Assembly: GCA_027064425.1 (NCBI GenBank)
Contig: JAMOPO010000057.1
Location: 32,001 to 96,000 of the forward strand
Direction: 5' to 3'
Length of the DNA stretch: 64,000 bases
Source of the DNA: Methanobacteriota archaeon
GTDB taxonomy: Archaea > JAADCQ01 > Methanopyri > Methanopyrales > Methanopyraceae
The stretch's first letter is position 1. Each line of letters opens with the position of its first letter. A program made the position numbers and the translations under genes. The notes beneath the pieces were generated by a model. That model was not told the origin of the DNA. It worked only from the letters and a program-made list of their open reading frames with translations, and ran no database searches. Shown here one piece after another: positions 46,715 through 56,247 of this stretch.

Positions 46715-47191
46715 ATGGTAGCCGTCGTGCTCGTCGGTCACGGTAGTCGGCTGCCTTACAACCGGGAGGTCGTGGAGAAAATCGCGGAGTACGTGGAGGA
46801 GATGGGCGACTTCGAGACCGTCGAGGTCGGGTTCATGGAGTTCTCGAAGCCGTCCATCCCGGAGGCCGTGAGGCGGGCGGCCGAGTCGGGCGCGGACAAG
46901 ATCGTCGTCGTCCCGGTGTTCCTGGCCCACGGGGTGCACACCAAGCGGGACATCCCGAGGATGCTGGGTCTAGAACCGGACTGGGAAGAGGATGAGGGAG
47001 GAGATGAAGGGCACCACCACGATCACGGTCACGACCACGACCATGATCACGATCACCATGGGCACGATCACCGCGACCACGAGCCCGTGGAGGTGGACGC
47101 GGAGATCATTTACACGGAGCCGATAGGCGCGGACCGACGCATCGCCGAGATCATCCTGGATCGGATCGAGGAAGCGCTGAAGGAGGAGTAG
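46715..47191 (+). CDS. cbiX: Sirohydrochlorin Co/Ni chelatase (CbiXS/CfbA) with His-rich insert
   Basis: VGHGSR, VPVFLAHGVHTKRDIP, (HD)n tract. Confidence 0.9.
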   Translation: MVAVVLVGHGSRLPYNREVVEKIAEYVEEMGDFETVEVGFMEFSKPSIPEAVRRAAESGADKIVVVPVFLAHGVHTKRDIPRMLGLEPDWEEDEGGDEGHHHDHGHDHDHDHDHHGHDHRDHEPVEVDAEIIYTEPIGADRRIAEIILDRIEEALKEE

Positions 47192-47194
47192 GCC

Positions 47195-47860
47195 TTGTCT
47201 GGCCTCATCATAGCGACGCTGACGGGACGCACCGTCGAGGACATGGTCGAGCTGGCCATCGAGGCCGTGGAGCAGGGAGCCGACATGCTTGAGGTCCGGC
47301 TGGACTACTTGGATAACCTCGACCTGAGGACCGCGCTGAGGGCCGTACGGGAGTGCTCGATGTACGAGCGCGTGGTCGCCACGCTGCGCCGGAAGGAGGA
47401 GGGCGGCCTGTACGAGGGGGACGAGGAGCGTCGGCTGGAGATCCTGGAGCGGGTCTCTGAGGAGGCGGACTTCGTGGACGTGGAGCTGGACGTGGCGGAG
47501 GAGGACGTGATCGACCCCGCGTGCGACGTGATCGTGTCCCACCATGACTTCGAGGGGACGCCATCCAAGGAGGAGCTGTTCGAGCTGCGAGACCGGTGCG
47601 CGGAGCTGGGAGACGTGGCGAAGGTGGTGCCCACGGCCAGGAGTCACGCCGACGCGCTTCGGGTCCTCGAGATGGTCGCGACCGCCGACTCGCCCACGAT
47701 CGGGTTCGCGATGGGCGAGCTGGCCCGCTACACCCGCGTCGTGAGCCTGCTCATGGGCGGGTTCGCGACGTACGCCGCGGTCAGGGGCGCGGCCGCTCCG
47801 GGGCAGATGACGGTTGAGGAGGTGAGAAAGATGCTGGAGATCCTGAAGAAGGAGCGCTAG
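47195..47860 (+). CDS. aroD: Type I 3-dehydroquinate dehydratase
   Basis: EVRLD, TLR...EGG, SHHDF..TP, AMG, APGQ. Confidence 0.92.
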   Translation: MSGLIIATLTGRTVEDMVELAIEAVEQGADMLEVRLDYLDNLDLRTALRAVRECSMYERVVATLRRKEEGGLYEGDEERRLEILERVSEEADFVDVELDVAEEDVIDPACDVIVSHHDFEGTPSKEELFELRDRCAELGDVAKVVPTARSHADALRVLEMVATADSPTIGFAMGELARYTRVVSLLMGGFATYAAVRGAAAPGQMTVEEVRKMLEILKKER

Positions 47861-48588
47861 AGGCGCTCGAGGATCTCCCTGGCCGCCTTCCGGCCCGAGC
47901 GCAGCATCCCGCCGAAGACTGGGCCCATCCGGTAGGCTCCTCGGACCGCCGACGCCGCCATCCCGACGACGAAGAGGCCCGGCTTAACCTCCCGAGTGTG
48001 CTTCTCCACGAGCTCCTCGCCCCGCTCCGCCCACATCGGCCCCTCTCCCTTCACCTCCACGCCCGCGTGCTTGCAGACCGCCGCCTCGTGACCCGTGGCA
48101 TCCACGGTGAACCTCGCCTCCATCGGCAGTGGGTCCACGTGAATCCCGGCCCGCTTGGCGGCCGTCCAGTTAACGACGACGCCCTCGATGCGACCCTGCC
48201 GCTCGATCACGTCCTCGACCTCCAGCCCCACGAGGATCGTGGCACCGGCCTCCACGGCCGCGTGGGCGAGCTTGATCGCCGCCTCCACGGGGTTGAACGC
48301 GAGGAGACCGTCCTCGGCGGGCTCCACCTCGACGCCGATCTCCTCCAGCAGCTCACCGTCCTCCTCCATGACGACGCCCGCAGGGAAGAACATGCCACCG
48401 CCGGTCATCCCGCCACCGACGTAGAGCTGCCGCTCGACGACGGTCACATCCACGTCGTTCTTGGCGAGCTCGTAGGCGCAGGTGAGGCCCGCCGGCCCCG
48501 CCCCGACGACGATCACGTCGCTCTCCGCGCAGTCGTTAAGCAACTCGTAACCTTTCCTGAGGATGGAGGAGGTGACGGCCCGCTCCAA
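47857..48588 (-). CDS. thi4: Sulfide-dependent thiazole synthase
   Basis: GAGPAG, GGGM.GGG, HVDP (His form), DATGH, RMGP.FGGM. Confidence 0.92.
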   Translation of the reverse strand: MERAVTSSILRKGYELLNDCAESDVIVVGAGPAGLTCAYELAKNDVDVTVVERQLYVGGGMTGGGMFFPAGVVMEEDGELLEEIGVEVEPAEDGLLAFNPVEAAIKLAHAAVEAGATILVGLEVEDVIERQGRIEGVVVNWTAAKRAGIHVDPLPMEARFTVDATGHEAAVCKHAGVEVKGEGPMWAERGEELVEKHTREVKPGLFVVGMAASAVRGAYRMGPVFGGMLRSGRKAAREILERL

Positions 48589-48615
48589 GGTCGACCCCCG
48601 GGCGCGCCGCCGGCC

Positions 48616-48993
48616 TTACTCGGACTCGGCCAGCTCGCGGAGGCGGGCCTCCAGCCGCTCGATCTTCCGGCGGATGTCGTTCCGGAACTCATCGAACCGC
48701 TGCTCCAGCTCCCCCACCCGGCGGTCGAGCGCCTCCAGGCGCTGCTCCACCTTCTCAACGTCCTCGGTGGTGGCCAGACCCCAGCTGTCGATGAGCTCCT
48801 CCACCCGTCGCTCGATCATCTCGTCGACGCGCTTCGCGATGACGTCCGATCCCGGGGCCAGAGACAGCTTCCCGCCGAGCAAGGTGGAGGACTCCCCTGA
48901 CTCGGACTCGGCCCTGCCGCGGATGATCAGGGCCACGATGACGATCGCGGCCAGCGTAACCACACCGACCGCGATGAACTCGGCAATGGTCAT
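48616..48993 (-). CDS. Membrane-anchored coiled-coil hypothetical protein
   Basis: N-terminal TM, LATTEDV, heptad repeat C-terminus. Confidence 0.7.
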   Translation of the reverse strand: MTIAEFIAVGVVTLAAIVIVALIIRGRAESESGESSTLLGGKLSLAPGSDVIAKRVDEMIERRVEELIDSWGLATTEDVEKVEQRLEALDRRVGELEQRFDEFRNDIRRKIERLEARLRELAESE

Positions 48994-49380
48994 TCAGTCA
49001 CCACCTTCCTCCAGCTTCTCCAGATTCTGGGAGATCTCCTCCAGCTTCTTAAGCTCGTTCTCGAGCTCTAGCCGCGTCATGCGCGTTTCAACGTCAATAT
49101 ATTTTTCCGCGATGCTCATCAGGAGCGACCGGATCGTACTCACCCGGTTGAGCACCTTGGTGTCCTCGGGCAGATAAAAAAGCAGGTCGAGGAGCTTCCG
49201 GCGCTCGAGGTCGGCCCTAACCAGCTCCACCTTCTCGCGCTCGACCTTCAGCTCGAGCTCCCGGACGTGCAGCTTGCGGGCGTAAATTCGGGCCGCGATC
49301 GCGGTGACGATGATGAGCGTGACGCACCCGATCAGGGCGGTGAGGACCAGCGGCTGCGTCAGCGCCTGCAGGAGGTTCAC
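48994..49380 (-). CDS. Membrane-anchored coiled-coil hypothetical protein
   Basis: N-terminal TM, heptad repeats; abuts neighbours. Confidence 0.7.
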   Translation of the reverse strand: MNLLQALTQPLVLTALIGCVTLIIVTAIAARIYARKLHVRELELKVEREKVELVRADLERRKLLDLLFYLPEDTKVLNRVSTIRSLLMSIAEKYIDVETRMTRLELENELKKLEEISQNLEKLEEGGD

Positions 49381-49384
49381 CCGA

Positions 49385-50176
49385 CTATCCCCGCAGCTCG
49401 CGGTCCAGCGCCTTGATAATGTTTTCCGCCGACTCCATGTCCCCGGTGATGTCGACGGTCAGCGGCGTGATCACGATCGAGCCCCGCCTCAGCTCGTAGA
49501 GGTCTGAGCCCTTCGGGGGATCCTCCAGCACCTCCCCGTCGATCCAGAAGTACCGGCGACCGCGCGGGTCGTACCGCTCCTCGATCTTGGGTCTGTACAT
49601 GGTGAAGGCCAGTGGGGCGGCGGTCACGCGCCCGTTCCAGCGCTCCGGGCTCGGCACGTTCACGTTCAGCACACCCTTCCAGTCGGTGTCGGAGAGTACC
49701 TTCAGCAGGCACCGCAGCACCCTGGAGGCGAGGGTGAAGTCCACGTCCTCGTCGTCCGGGTTGTTGTCCATCCGGGCTCGAACGCTCCGGACCTCCTGGG
49801 AGATCGCGATCGCCGGGATGCCGTTCCCGTACGCCTCCAGCGCCGCGCCGACCGTTCCGGACGTGGTGATGTCGGCGCTGAGGTTTTCACCCAGGTTGAT
49901 CCCGGAGACCACCAGGTCGGGCGGCTCGTCCATGACCGAGAAGGCGCCGATCAGCACGGCGTCCGCCGGCGTCCCGGAGATGGCCAGCGCCTCAACGCCC
50001 TCGATCTCCATCTCCTCCGCTCGGACGGGCTCCAGCAGGGAAATGCTGCGTCCTACCCCGCTCTGCTGGGTGGCGGGCGCCACCACCGTCACCTCGCCGA
50101 ACTCCTTGCAGACGCGGACGGCCTCCCGGAGCCCGGGCGAGGCGATCCCGTCATCGTTGGTGATCAGAATTCTCAC
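49385..50176 (-). CDS. surE: 5'/3'-nucleotidase SurE
   Basis: ILITNDDG, SGTPAD, SGINLGEN, SGTVGAA. Confidence 0.95.
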   Translation of the reverse strand: MRILITNDDGIASPGLREAVRVCKEFGEVTVVAPATQQSGVGRSISLLEPVRAEEMEIEGVEALAISGTPADAVLIGAFSVMDEPPDLVVSGINLGENLSADITTSGTVGAALEAYGNGIPAIAISQEVRSVRARMDNNPDDEDVDFTLASRVLRCLLKVLSDTDWKGVLNVNVPSPERWNGRVTAAPLAFTMYRPKIEERYDPRGRRYFWIDGEVLEDPPKGSDLYELRRGSIVITPLTVDITGDMESAENIIKALDRELRG

Positions 50177-50933
50177 GCCAGGGCGTCCCCCTTAGCCTTC
50201 CCGCGTACACGACCTCCGCGGGCCCCTCTAGGAACGGTCCGTCGAGCAGGACTCGCAACCTGCCGCCGGCGGTGCTGACCTCCACGGCGTGCTCCGCGCC
50301 GAAGACCTCGGCGTAGACGATCGAGGCCGCGACCACGCCGGAGCCGCACGCGGGGGTCCAGCCGACGCCGCGCTCGTAGGTGCGCACCCGCAGGGCGTCC
50401 CCGGCCGGGGCGGCGAAGGTCACGTTCACGCCGCCGCGCTCCGCGTACTCGCGCTGGATCTTGCGGGCCTCGGAGGTGAGCCCGCGGGCCCCGCGGACGG
50501 GGTCGCGCTCGGTCAGGCGGACGAGGTGAGGGACGCCGGCGTCGACCTCGAACCCCAGCTCCGTCACCTCCTCCACCCGGGCTCCGGGAACCTCCACCCG
50601 GACCTCGTCCCCTCGGACCTCCACGGAGTGCCGACCGGCCAACGTTCTCAGGACCTTAACGTTCTCGCCGCGCACGTCCACCGCGTACCGGACCGCGCAG
50701 CGGGCCGCGTTCCCGCAGAACTCGGCCTCGGAGCCGTCCCGGTTGAAGATGCGCATCTCCACCTCGGGCGGGTCAACCCGGACGAAAACCACGCCGTCGG
50801 CGCCCACGCCCGCCCGCCGGTCGCAGGCCCACCGGGCGAAGTCGGCCTTCTCGCCCTCCGGCACCTTCACCCCCTCCGTCTCGTCCACGAGGATGAAGTC
50901 GTTGCGGGCCCCGTGCACCTTCCAGAACCGCGA
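50151..50933 (-). CDS. dapF: Diaminopimelate epimerase; canonical start missing (TCG at expected position)
   Basis: RFWKVHGARNDF, GVGADG, EFCGNAARC, GVPH, ERGVG.T.ACGSG. Confidence 0.88.
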   Translation of the reverse strand, partial: SRFWKVHGARNDFILVDETEGVKVPEGEKADFARWACDRRAGVGADGVVFVRVDPPEVEMRIFNRDGSEAEFCGNAARCAVRYAVDVRGENVKVLRTLAGRHSVEVRGDEVRVEVPGARVEEVTELGFEVDAGVPHLVRLTERDPVRGARGLTSEARKIQREYAERGGVNVTFAAPAGDALRVRTYERGVGWTPACGSGVVAASIVYAEVFGAEHAVEVSTAGGRLRVLLDGPFLEGPAEVVYAGRLRGTPWRENSDHQR

Positions 50934-50948
50934 GGAGACCTCCCCCCG

Positions 50949-51668
50949 CTAGAGCCGGCGGAGCGCGTCCACGATCTGCGTCTTCGCCTCCGTCTTCTCG
51001 TCCACGTCCTTGACCACCTTCGCCGGCACGCCCGCCACCACCTTACCGGGCGGCACGTCCTCGGTCACCACGGCCCCGGCCGCCACGACCGCCCCCTCGC
51101 CCACGGTCACGCCCTCCAGGATGACCGCGTTCGCGCCCACCACGACGTTGTCCTCGATCACGACGGGCTTGGCGCTCGGCGGCTCCAGGACGCCCGCGAT
51201 GACCGCGCCCGCCCCGATGTGCACGTTCTTTCCAATCTCCGCGCGGGACCCGATGACCGCGTTCATGTCGATCATCGTGTTGTCACCGATCTTCGCGCCG
51301 ATGTTGATCACCGCCCCCATCATCACGACGACGCCCTTGCCCAGCTCCACCTTCTCCCGGATGATCGCCCCCGGCTCGATTCGCGCGTCCTTGAACCTGG
51401 AGTAGTCCGCGAGTGGGACCGCCCGGTTCCGGTGGTCCAGCTCCTTATGGTAGTACTCCACCGAGTCGTCGTCCTCGATCACCTCGAGGATCTCGTCGTG
51501 CTCACCGACCGCGACCACGTGGTCCAGGCCCGTGAACACCTTCACGTCCTTCACGCGCTCCTCGAGGCGCTCCGCGAGCCCCTCGGGGTCGTCCGTCTTG
51601 ATGTAGAACCGGGCGATGGTCCGCTTGGGGCTCTCGGAGATGTACCGGATGAGCTCCTCAGGGTCCAT
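50949..51668 (-). CDS. dapH: Tetrahydrodipicolinate N-acetyltransferase
   Basis: RNRAVPL, ARIEPGAIIRE, MMGAVINIGA, AGVLEPPSA.PV hexapeptide repeats. Confidence 0.88.
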   Translation of the reverse strand: MDPEELIRYISESPKRTIARFYIKTDDPEGLAERLEERVKDVKVFTGLDHVVAVGEHDEILEVIEDDDSVEYYHKELDHRNRAVPLADYSRFKDARIEPGAIIREKVELGKGVVVMMGAVINIGAKIGDNTMIDMNAVIGSRAEIGKNVHIGAGAVIAGVLEPPSAKPVVIEDNVVVGANAVILEGVTVGEGAVVAAGAVVTEDVPPGKVVAGVPAKVVKDVDEKTEAKTQIVDALRRL

Positions 51669-51682
51669 GTCCGCCACGCGCC

Positions 51683-52264
51683 TCACCCCACCAGCTCCAG
51701 AAAGTTTCTGGCGATGACGTCCCCGCCTTCCGTCATGAAGCTTTCAGGATGGAACTGCAGGCCGTACACGTCGTGATCGGTGTGCCGGATAGCCATCAGC
51801 TCCCCGTCGTCCTTGGCCCACGCGCAGGCCTTGAGCTCGTCCGGTAGGCTGGACTCCTCGACGACCAGCGAGTGGTACCGCATGGCCTCGAACGGGTTCT
51901 CCAGGCCGGAGAGGACGCCCTCACCCGTGTGCTCGATCGGCGAGGTCTTCCCGTGCATGATGCGCTCGGCGCGCCGGATCCGGGCCCCGTACGCGACCCC
52001 GATGCACTGGTGGCCCAGGCAGACCCCGAGGATCGGGATCTCGCCGGCGAAGCGGCGGATCGCCGGGATCGACACGCCGGCGTCGCGCTCCGGGTGCCCC
52101 GGACCGGGGCTGATGATGAGCCCGTCCGGGTCCAGCCGCTCGATCCGGGAGAGCGGGACCCGGTTGGAAACTACCTTCAGCTCCACGCCCTCGAAGGTGG
52201 AGAACAGGTGGTAGAGGTTGTACGCGAAGCTGTCCCTGTTGTTAATCAGCACCAGTCGCCTCAA
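51683..52264 (-). CDS. trpG: Anthranilate synthase component II
   Basis: N.DSF.YNL, SPGPG, GVCLGHQ, RYHSL, QFHPES. Confidence 0.93.
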   Translation of the reverse strand: MRRLVLINNRDSFAYNLYHLFSTFEGVELKVVSNRVPLSRIERLDPDGLIISPGPGHPERDAGVSIPAIRRFAGEIPILGVCLGHQCIGVAYGARIRRAERIMHGKTSPIEHTGEGVLSGLENPFEAMRYHSLVVEESSLPDELKACAWAKDDGELMAIRHTDHDVYGLQFHPESFMTEGGDVIARNFLELVG

Positions 52265-53642
52265 GGATGGCACCCACCATCGCCTTCATCTTGTTCTCCG
52301 TCTCCTCCCACTCCCGCTCGGGGACCGAGTCGTACACGATCCCCGCCCCGGCCTGCGTGAACCAGCGCCGACCCGTGGAGAAGATCGTGCGGATCGAGAT
52401 GGCGAAGTCCATGTCGCCCGTCCAGCTGACGTACCCGACGCCGCCCGCGTACGGGCCCCGCTTGTACACCTCGAGCTCGTCGATGATCTCCATCGCTCTC
52501 ACCTTCGGCGCGCCCGAGACCGTGCCCGCCGGGAAGGTGGCCCGGAGCACGTCCCACGGGGTGACCCCGGGGCGCCGCTCCCCCTCCACCTCGGACACGA
52601 TGTGCTGCACGTGGCTGTACTTCTCCACCTCCATGAGCCGGGTCACGCGGACCGAGCCCGGGCGCGAGACCTTGCCCACGTCGTTCCGGGCCAGGTCCAC
52701 GAGCATGGCATGCTCGGCCCGCTCCTTCTCGTCCTCGAGCATCTCCCGGGCCAGCTCCTCGTCCTCCTCCGGCGTCTCGCCCCGGGGCCGGGTCCCCGCG
52801 ATGGGCTTCGTGACGATCCGGTCACCCTCCAGCTTGACCAGCGTCTCGGGGCTGGACCCGACGATACGGTGCTCGCCGAACTCCAGGCAGTACATGTAAG
52901 GGGACGGGTTGATCTCTCGCAGCCGGCGGTACACCTCGAGCGGGTCGGCCGCGGCCCGTACCTCCACGCGCCGGGAGAGCACGACCTGGAAGATGTCGCC
53001 CGAGATGATGTAGTCCCGGGCGCGCTCGACCATCTCCTCGAACTCCTCCTTCCCCACGTCCCGGCGCACGGAGCCGGCCCGATACACCTTCGGCACCGTC
53101 GCCTCCGGCAGGTCCTCGGCGCACTCCTCGATCACCTCGGCCTTCCACTCGACCTCGTACTCGTCCGGGTGCACGGAGACCAGCTCCACGCGGTCCTCAA
53201 GGTGGTCGTACCGGATCACCGAGTCGTACAGGCACAGCTCGAACTCGGGCCACTTCGGGTCCGGCGTCGTCGTCGGCCGTACGTCCAGCCAGTCCTCGAC
53301 CACGTCGTACGAGATGTAGCCCACCAGCCCGCCGACGAACCCGGAGCCCTCCACCTCCGGCAGCTCGGAGAACAGCCGGCGCATCAGCTGAAAGTAGTCC
53401 TCGTCCCCCCGCTTCTCCGCCCGGTCGACCAGGTCGTACTCCGGGTCCCAGACGTCCACGCTCACCTTTCCGTCCGAGCACTCCACCTTCAGCGCCGGGG
53501 CGAAGCCGACGAAGGAGTACCGACCGCTCGCGCCGATCTCGGCCGACTCGAAGAGGAACGTGTGCGAGGACAGCTGCCTCAGGGCGGCGTACAGCTCGTC
53601 GGGCGTGGCGTCCACGTCCAGCTCCTTCACCGTAAGGCGCAT
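52242..53642 (-). CDS. trpE: Anthranilate synthase component I
   Basis: FESAE, GDIFQVVLS, NPSPY, PIAGT, EHAMLVDLARND, GTVSGAPK. Confidence 0.94.
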   Translation of the reverse strand: MRLTVKELDVDATPDELYAALRQLSSHTFLFESAEIGASGRYSFVGFAPALKVECSDGKVSVDVWDPEYDLVDRAEKRGDEDYFQLMRRLFSELPEVEGSGFVGGLVGYISYDVVEDWLDVRPTTTPDPKWPEFELCLYDSVIRYDHLEDRVELVSVHPDEYEVEWKAEVIEECAEDLPEATVPKVYRAGSVRRDVGKEEFEEMVERARDYIISGDIFQVVLSRRVEVRAAADPLEVYRRLREINPSPYMYCLEFGEHRIVGSSPETLVKLEGDRIVTKPIAGTRPRGETPEEDEELAREMLEDEKERAEHAMLVDLARNDVGKVSRPGSVRVTRLMEVEKYSHVQHIVSEVEGERRPGVTPWDVLRATFPAGTVSGAPKVRAMEIIDELEVYKRGPYAGGVGYVSWTGDMDFAISIRTIFSTGRRWFTQAGAGIVYDSVPEREWEETENKMKAMVGAILEATGAD

Positions 53643-54385
53643 TGGACCGCGCTCCCCATCAGCTTCGGCGATACGTGCACCTCCAGGTACGCGGCCACGG
53701 CCAGCGCGAAGATGCAGTAGGAGGTGCCGCGCACGACCCAGCTCGGGGGCCTGAGGCTCGCGTCGGGCCACCGCCGATGCACCTGGTCGTGGTGGATGAG
53801 GTAATCCGCCACGTAAAGCCCAAGCGCCGTGGCCATGATCACCGTGGGGAACTCGATCAGCCCGTGCGGCAGCAGGAGCAGCTTAATCAGCCGGTACGCG
53901 CCGAACTTGTCCGCGACCGACGCGAAGAAGGAGCCCGCCGCCAGCCCGTTGATGAACGGGACCACGAGCGGGCCCAGCTTCAGGGTGAGTATCACGTCGG
54001 CCTCCCGGTACCCGCTCACCTCGTACCCCATCAGCCTGGCCGCGCGGATCAGGACGCGTGAGTATGGAGGATCCTCCATCGCCCGGCGCAAACGGTCGGG
54101 CGCCACCGTCAAAACCAGGCGGTCGAGCAGCAGCGCCGCGATGCCACCGAACACGCACAGCAGCACCACTACCGCGTTCCAGAGCAGGATCGCGACGGTG
54201 ATCCGCTCCCGAGGCAGCGGTAGCAAGGCTGCCAGCTTCTCCACCCGGTGCTTCACGGCGGCGACGATCAGCTGCGGCATTTTGGGGAAGAGCAGGTAGA
54301 GGGCCACTCCCAGGATCGAGGAGGCGCCGAACAGCTCCGCCGCGATCCTGACGTACACCCGGAACGGTTTTACGCCCGGCCCCAT
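53627..54385 (-). CDS. SpoIIM/DUF95-like membrane protein
   Basis: ILLWN, FING, LLLPHGLIEFP, VAAYLE. Confidence 0.75.
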   Translation of the reverse strand: MGPGVKPFRVYVRIAAELFGASSILGVALYLLFPKMPQLIVAAVKHRVEKLAALLPLPRERITVAILLWNAVVVLLCVFGGIAALLLDRLVLTVAPDRLRRAMEDPPYSRVLIRAARLMGYEVSGYREADVILTLKLGPLVVPFINGLAAGSFFASVADKFGAYRLIKLLLLPHGLIEFPTVIMATALGLYVADYLIHHDQVHRRWPDASLRPPSWVVRGTSYCIFALAVAAYLEVHVSPKLMGSAVQCALR

Positions 54386-54458
54386 AGGCGCCCGCCCTCA
54401 GCGGCGGGCCGGTGTGGTGGCGTCCGAGCGGTCGACCCGGGCCGCGACCGAGCTCGAA

Positions 54459-54521
54459 GGTAATGAGGAATGCGGTGGCCCTCCTCCTCGAGGGATGACG
54501 AGTACGGCGGATTGCCGAGCC
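54459..54521 (+). ncRNA. Box C/D guide sRNA candidate (D' degenerate)
   Basis: GGT-A-ATGAGGA(C)-ATGCGGTGGCC-...-ATGACGA(C')-GTACGGCGGATTG-CCGA(D)-GCC. Confidence 0.65.
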
Positions 54522-54547
54522 GCGGGGGGCGATGGGGACGGACCCAG

Positions 54548-56182
54548 TCACCTGACCTCCGCCTCCAAGGTCACGAACACCGGTCCCTTCACCTCGATCC
54601 TCTTCCCCTTGTCCGTGATGTACCGCAGCAGCCGGTCGGAGAGCTTGATGTTCACCTGCGACGGGCGCGAGACCTTCCGCGCGCGGACCGTCGTCTCGCC
54701 GCCCCCCGACGCCAGCAGCTCCTCCACCTCGTAGGCCAGCCGCGCCGCGAGACCCTCGTCGAAGGAGACGCCCGAGTCCACGCCTTCTTCCCGGATCTCC
54801 CGCCCGAACTCACCCTCCGGCGGGACCGCGTACACGCTCCCGTCCCGCACGTACACCCGGTTGAACGCCGCCGGTCCCGCCAGCGGCTCACCCTCCTCCC
54901 GCTCCACCGCCCGCACGACCACCTCCATCCCCTCGAACTCGCCCTCGAACAGCGTCACCTCCACCGGCCCCTCCTCGTCCGCGTGCTCCCGGAGCCCGCG
55001 CACGACCTCCCGCACCAGCCGCTCCCCGAACGACGTCGCCGGCTTAACCTCGTAGTCGATCATCCGCGCCAGCTCCAGGTCCGACGGCTCCCACGGCTCG
55101 TGCTCCACGTACGCCAGCGCCCGCACGTCCTCGATCCCGTACAGCACCATGCAGAGCCGCTCCACGCCGATTCCCAGGTTCAGCACCGGGTACTCGATCC
55201 CGTACTCCGCCAGCGCGACCGGCGAGTACAGCCCGAACGTGGCGATCTCCACCCAGCCCGGGCCCAGCTCCTCGTCCTCCACCGAGTCCTCCAGGTCCGG
55301 GTGGTACGCGTACACCTCCGTCTGCGTGCCCGGCACGTAGTACTTCGACATCTTCTCGTCCGGCACGAACTCGAAGTCCTCGAACCCGAACTGCCGCAGG
55401 ATCGCCTCCGCCACCGCCTTGCCCGTGTCCACCGTCACGTCGTCACCCACCACCACGCACGAGGCGGAGAAGTAGGAGTACAGGTGGCTCTCATCCTCTC
55501 GCTGCTCCCGCCGGAAGCACCGATCGATCGAGAACAGCTTCAGCGGCGGCTCCTCCCGCTTCAGGATCTCCGAGAGCGTGATGAACCAGCCCGCCGTCAT
55601 GTGCGACCGCAGCGTCAGCGGCGGGTCCAACGGCTCCGGCCGCAGCCTCCGGAACTCCGGGAACACCTCCTCCAGCACCCGCACCGCCGTCCCATCGTCC
55701 GTGTTCAGCGCCTCCGCGATCGCGTGCGTTAGCTCGTCACCGTCCAGCTTGCCCTTCTTGTACTCGTGCAGCGTCTCCCGCAGCCGCTCCACCTCCTCCT
55801 CCGACGGCTCTCGACCCAGCACCTCCGCCAGCTTCTCCACCTTGTCCTCACCCAGCCCCACGTCCGGGCGCGGGAGACCCGCCAGGTAGAAGCACCGGTC
55901 CAACACCGCCGCCGCCTCCGGCCCGAACTGCTTGTACACGTCCTCCTCCGGGATGATCACCGGGTTCACGACCTCCTTGAACCCCGCCCGCAGGTACGCC
56001 TCCCGCAGCCGCTGGATCGTTTCAAAGAGCGGGTGAGGCTCGCCCGCCTCCACCTTGAGCCGCGGGTAACGGTCCTCCAGCCCCGGCTCCCGAACCAGCT
56101 TCGCGCCCTCCTTCCACGCCCGATCGAAGTCCTCCCGAGCCAGCGACCGGAGCTCCTCCAGCCGCTCCTTGTCGAAAGGCAT
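54548..56182 (-). CDS. sepS: O-phosphoseryl-tRNA(Cys) synthetase
   Basis: KQFGPEA.AVLDRCFYLAGLPRPDVG, LRSHMTAGWF, FRREQ, EIATFG.YSP. Confidence 0.95.
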   Translation of the reverse strand: MPFDKERLEELRSLAREDFDRAWKEGAKLVREPGLEDRYPRLKVEAGEPHPLFETIQRLREAYLRAGFKEVVNPVIIPEEDVYKQFGPEAAAVLDRCFYLAGLPRPDVGLGEDKVEKLAEVLGREPSEEEVERLRETLHEYKKGKLDGDELTHAIAEALNTDDGTAVRVLEEVFPEFRRLRPEPLDPPLTLRSHMTAGWFITLSEILKREEPPLKLFSIDRCFRREQREDESHLYSYFSASCVVVGDDVTVDTGKAVAEAILRQFGFEDFEFVPDEKMSKYYVPGTQTEVYAYHPDLEDSVEDEELGPGWVEIATFGLYSPVALAEYGIEYPVLNLGIGVERLCMVLYGIEDVRALAYVEHEPWEPSDLELARMIDYEVKPATSFGERLVREVVRGLREHADEEGPVEVTLFEGEFEGMEVVVRAVEREEGEPLAGPAAFNRVYVRDGSVYAVPPEGEFGREIREEGVDSGVSFDEGLAARLAYEVEELLASGGGETTVRARKVSRPSQVNIKLSDRLLRYITDKGKRIEVKGPVFVTLEAEVR

Positions 56183-56247
56183 CCAGGCTCCCCCGGGGGA
56201 TGAGCCCCGACGGTGAACTTATGATAGCGTCCCCGACCGGGCCGCGC

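Noticed and set aside
54548-56182. Phenylalanyl-tRNA synthetase alpha call
   Set aside because: Length and motifs (KQFGPEA, LRSHMT.GWF) are those of SepS
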